A stretch of 64,000 nt of DNA from Callorhinchus milii (lineage: Eukaryota): NCBI RefSeq assembly GCF_018977255.1, contig NW_024704743.1, positions 57,414,001 through 57,478,000 on the forward strand. Direction: 5' to 3'. The translations under genes were made by a program, and so were the position numbers. Positions 62,541 to 64,000 of this stretch are shown here, one piece after another. Positions within the stretch are counted from its first letter, which is position 1. Every line of letters starts with the position of its first letter. Under the pieces are notes generated by a model, which saw only the letters and a program-made list of their open reading frames with translations, did not search any database and was not told the origin of the DNA.

Positions 62541-63600
62541 AAACAACAACAACAACAAAATTGCATTTATAGAGCGCCTTTCACGTCGGGAGGACGTCCC
62601 AAGGTGCTGCACAGTTGGCTCGGGACCCGAGCAGGGAAATGGTCAGGGTGAGGGAGGGAAGGAAGGGAGTGAGGAGGGGGTAAAGAGTCGAGAGGTGAGC
62701 TGAAGCCATGGTCGAAGAGAAAGGCCTTGAGACCGGCCTTGAAGGAGGAAAGGGAGGAGGCAAGGCGAAGGCACTGGGGGATGGAGTTCCAGAGCCTAGG
62801 GGTTGAGAGGCTGAAAGCCCGGCCACCGATGGTAGGACGGTTAGGTAGGGGGATGTGGAGCAGACCGGAGCCAGAGGAACAGAGGGTACGGGCAGGTAAG
62901 TAGGGGGATAGTAGGTTGGAGAGATAGGAGGGAGCAAAGCCATGAATGGCCTTGTAGGTGAGGATGAGGATCTTGAATTTGATCCTCTGGGGGATGGGGA
63001 GTCAGTGGAGGTGAGCGAGGGTGGGAGTGATGTGATCGCGAAGCCTGGTGCGGGACAGTACACGAGCTGCAGAGTTCTGAATGACCTGCAGCTTGTGGAG
63101 GGAGGTGCCGGGAAGGCCGACGGGGAGAGAGTTCGCGTAGTCCAACCTTGAGGTGATAAAGGTGTGGAACAGTGTTTCAGCAGGGTGAGGGGTAAGGTAG
63201 TGCCGTAGTCTGGCGATGTTTCGGAAGGCGGTGCCAGTTGTGGCGCGGATGTGGGGAAGAAAGGACAGCTCAGGGTCGAACAGAACACCGAGGCTTCTGA
63301 CTGGCTTTGAGAGGTGGAGAGTGCAGCCTTGGATGCTGATGCTGTCAGCGCCTGAGGTGCGGAGGCGCTGACGTGAGCCAATCAGGAGGGCCTCAGTTTT
63401 GTGCACATTGAGCTGAAGAAAGTTATCTCTCGTCCAGGACTCGATGTCAGTGTCAGACAGGCTGTCAGGACATCGGTGGTCGTAGAGTTGAGGGTAGAGG
63501 AGGAAAGGTGGAGTTGGGTGTTATCCGCATACATGTGGAAGTTAACCCCATGTCTGAGGATGATGTCACCAAGGGGAGCATATAGAGCGTGAAGAGGAGG
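62541..63600 (-). mobile_element. Relatively young L2 LINE, 5'-truncated at the RT core
   Basis: HGVNFHMYADNTQL, KTEALLIGSRQRL, ITSRLDYANSL; (TTG)n tail. Its 3' end is very similar to the 17810-18210 insertion. Confidence 0.92.
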
Positions 63601-64000
63601 GGAAAAATATAGTGCTTCAACATAAAACATTGCAAATTGGACCCCTATTGCTATATTGTATTACAAGCCACTATTACATTGTTAGGTGGCATATAATACA
63701 CTGTTGGTTGGTGTTTAAATCAAGCTTCATACGTGTATACATTGTACAATATTGTTACTTTTATACAGTCAATTGGAAGGTTGAATGTATAATTTTCAAA
63801 ATTACTTGGAAAAGAGTGGAATTGGTAGATCAGAATTTGAAGATCAGAAGACTACAAGAAAAAGTTCAGATGAAGGCGCCCCTGCAGCCCATTTGAACTC
63901 ATCTGTCCAGAATATAATAATAATCCTTACATTTGATATAGCACTTTATCATATGGTTGAGACCTCATCCTACCATTCTTGTAGTATAGCATCAACCCGT

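Noticed and set aside
62581..63381. 266-aa Ser/Pro-rich ORF
   Set aside because: Alternative frame of the C-rich L2 sequence.

Overview
Eukaryotic, AT-rich vertebrate genomic DNA, most likely from a cartilaginous fish (inferred from Deu-domain tRNA-SINEs, abundant L2/CR1 LINEs and the TMEM106B protein sequence). The only protein-coding gene I can support is a complete TMEM106B on the minus strand. It has 7 coding exons (40280 to 30783; 849 nt, 282 aa), a probable non-coding exon 1 in a CpG-island promoter (~46.5-47.1 kb) and a long, repeat-poor 3' UTR. A ~1 kb minisatellite sits at the start of intron 1. The rest is decayed L2 and CR1 LINE fragments, SINEs, small hairpin MITE-like elements and an unclassified dispersed repeat. 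Most ORFs in the supplied track are TE remnants or spurious. I found no prokaryote-type or clearly novel protein system. The most unusual signals are structural: (1) a ~1 kb inverted duplication 16 kb apart (~320-1274 vs 17474-~18800) that replaces part of a LINE and ends at a hairpin; (2) a ~180 bp locally templated inverted insertion with an 8-bp target-site duplication (58793-58971); (3) tail-only retroinsertions; (4) a motif-dense promoter; (5) divergent CTCF-like motifs bracketing the gene. TE boundaries are approximate and were read by eye.
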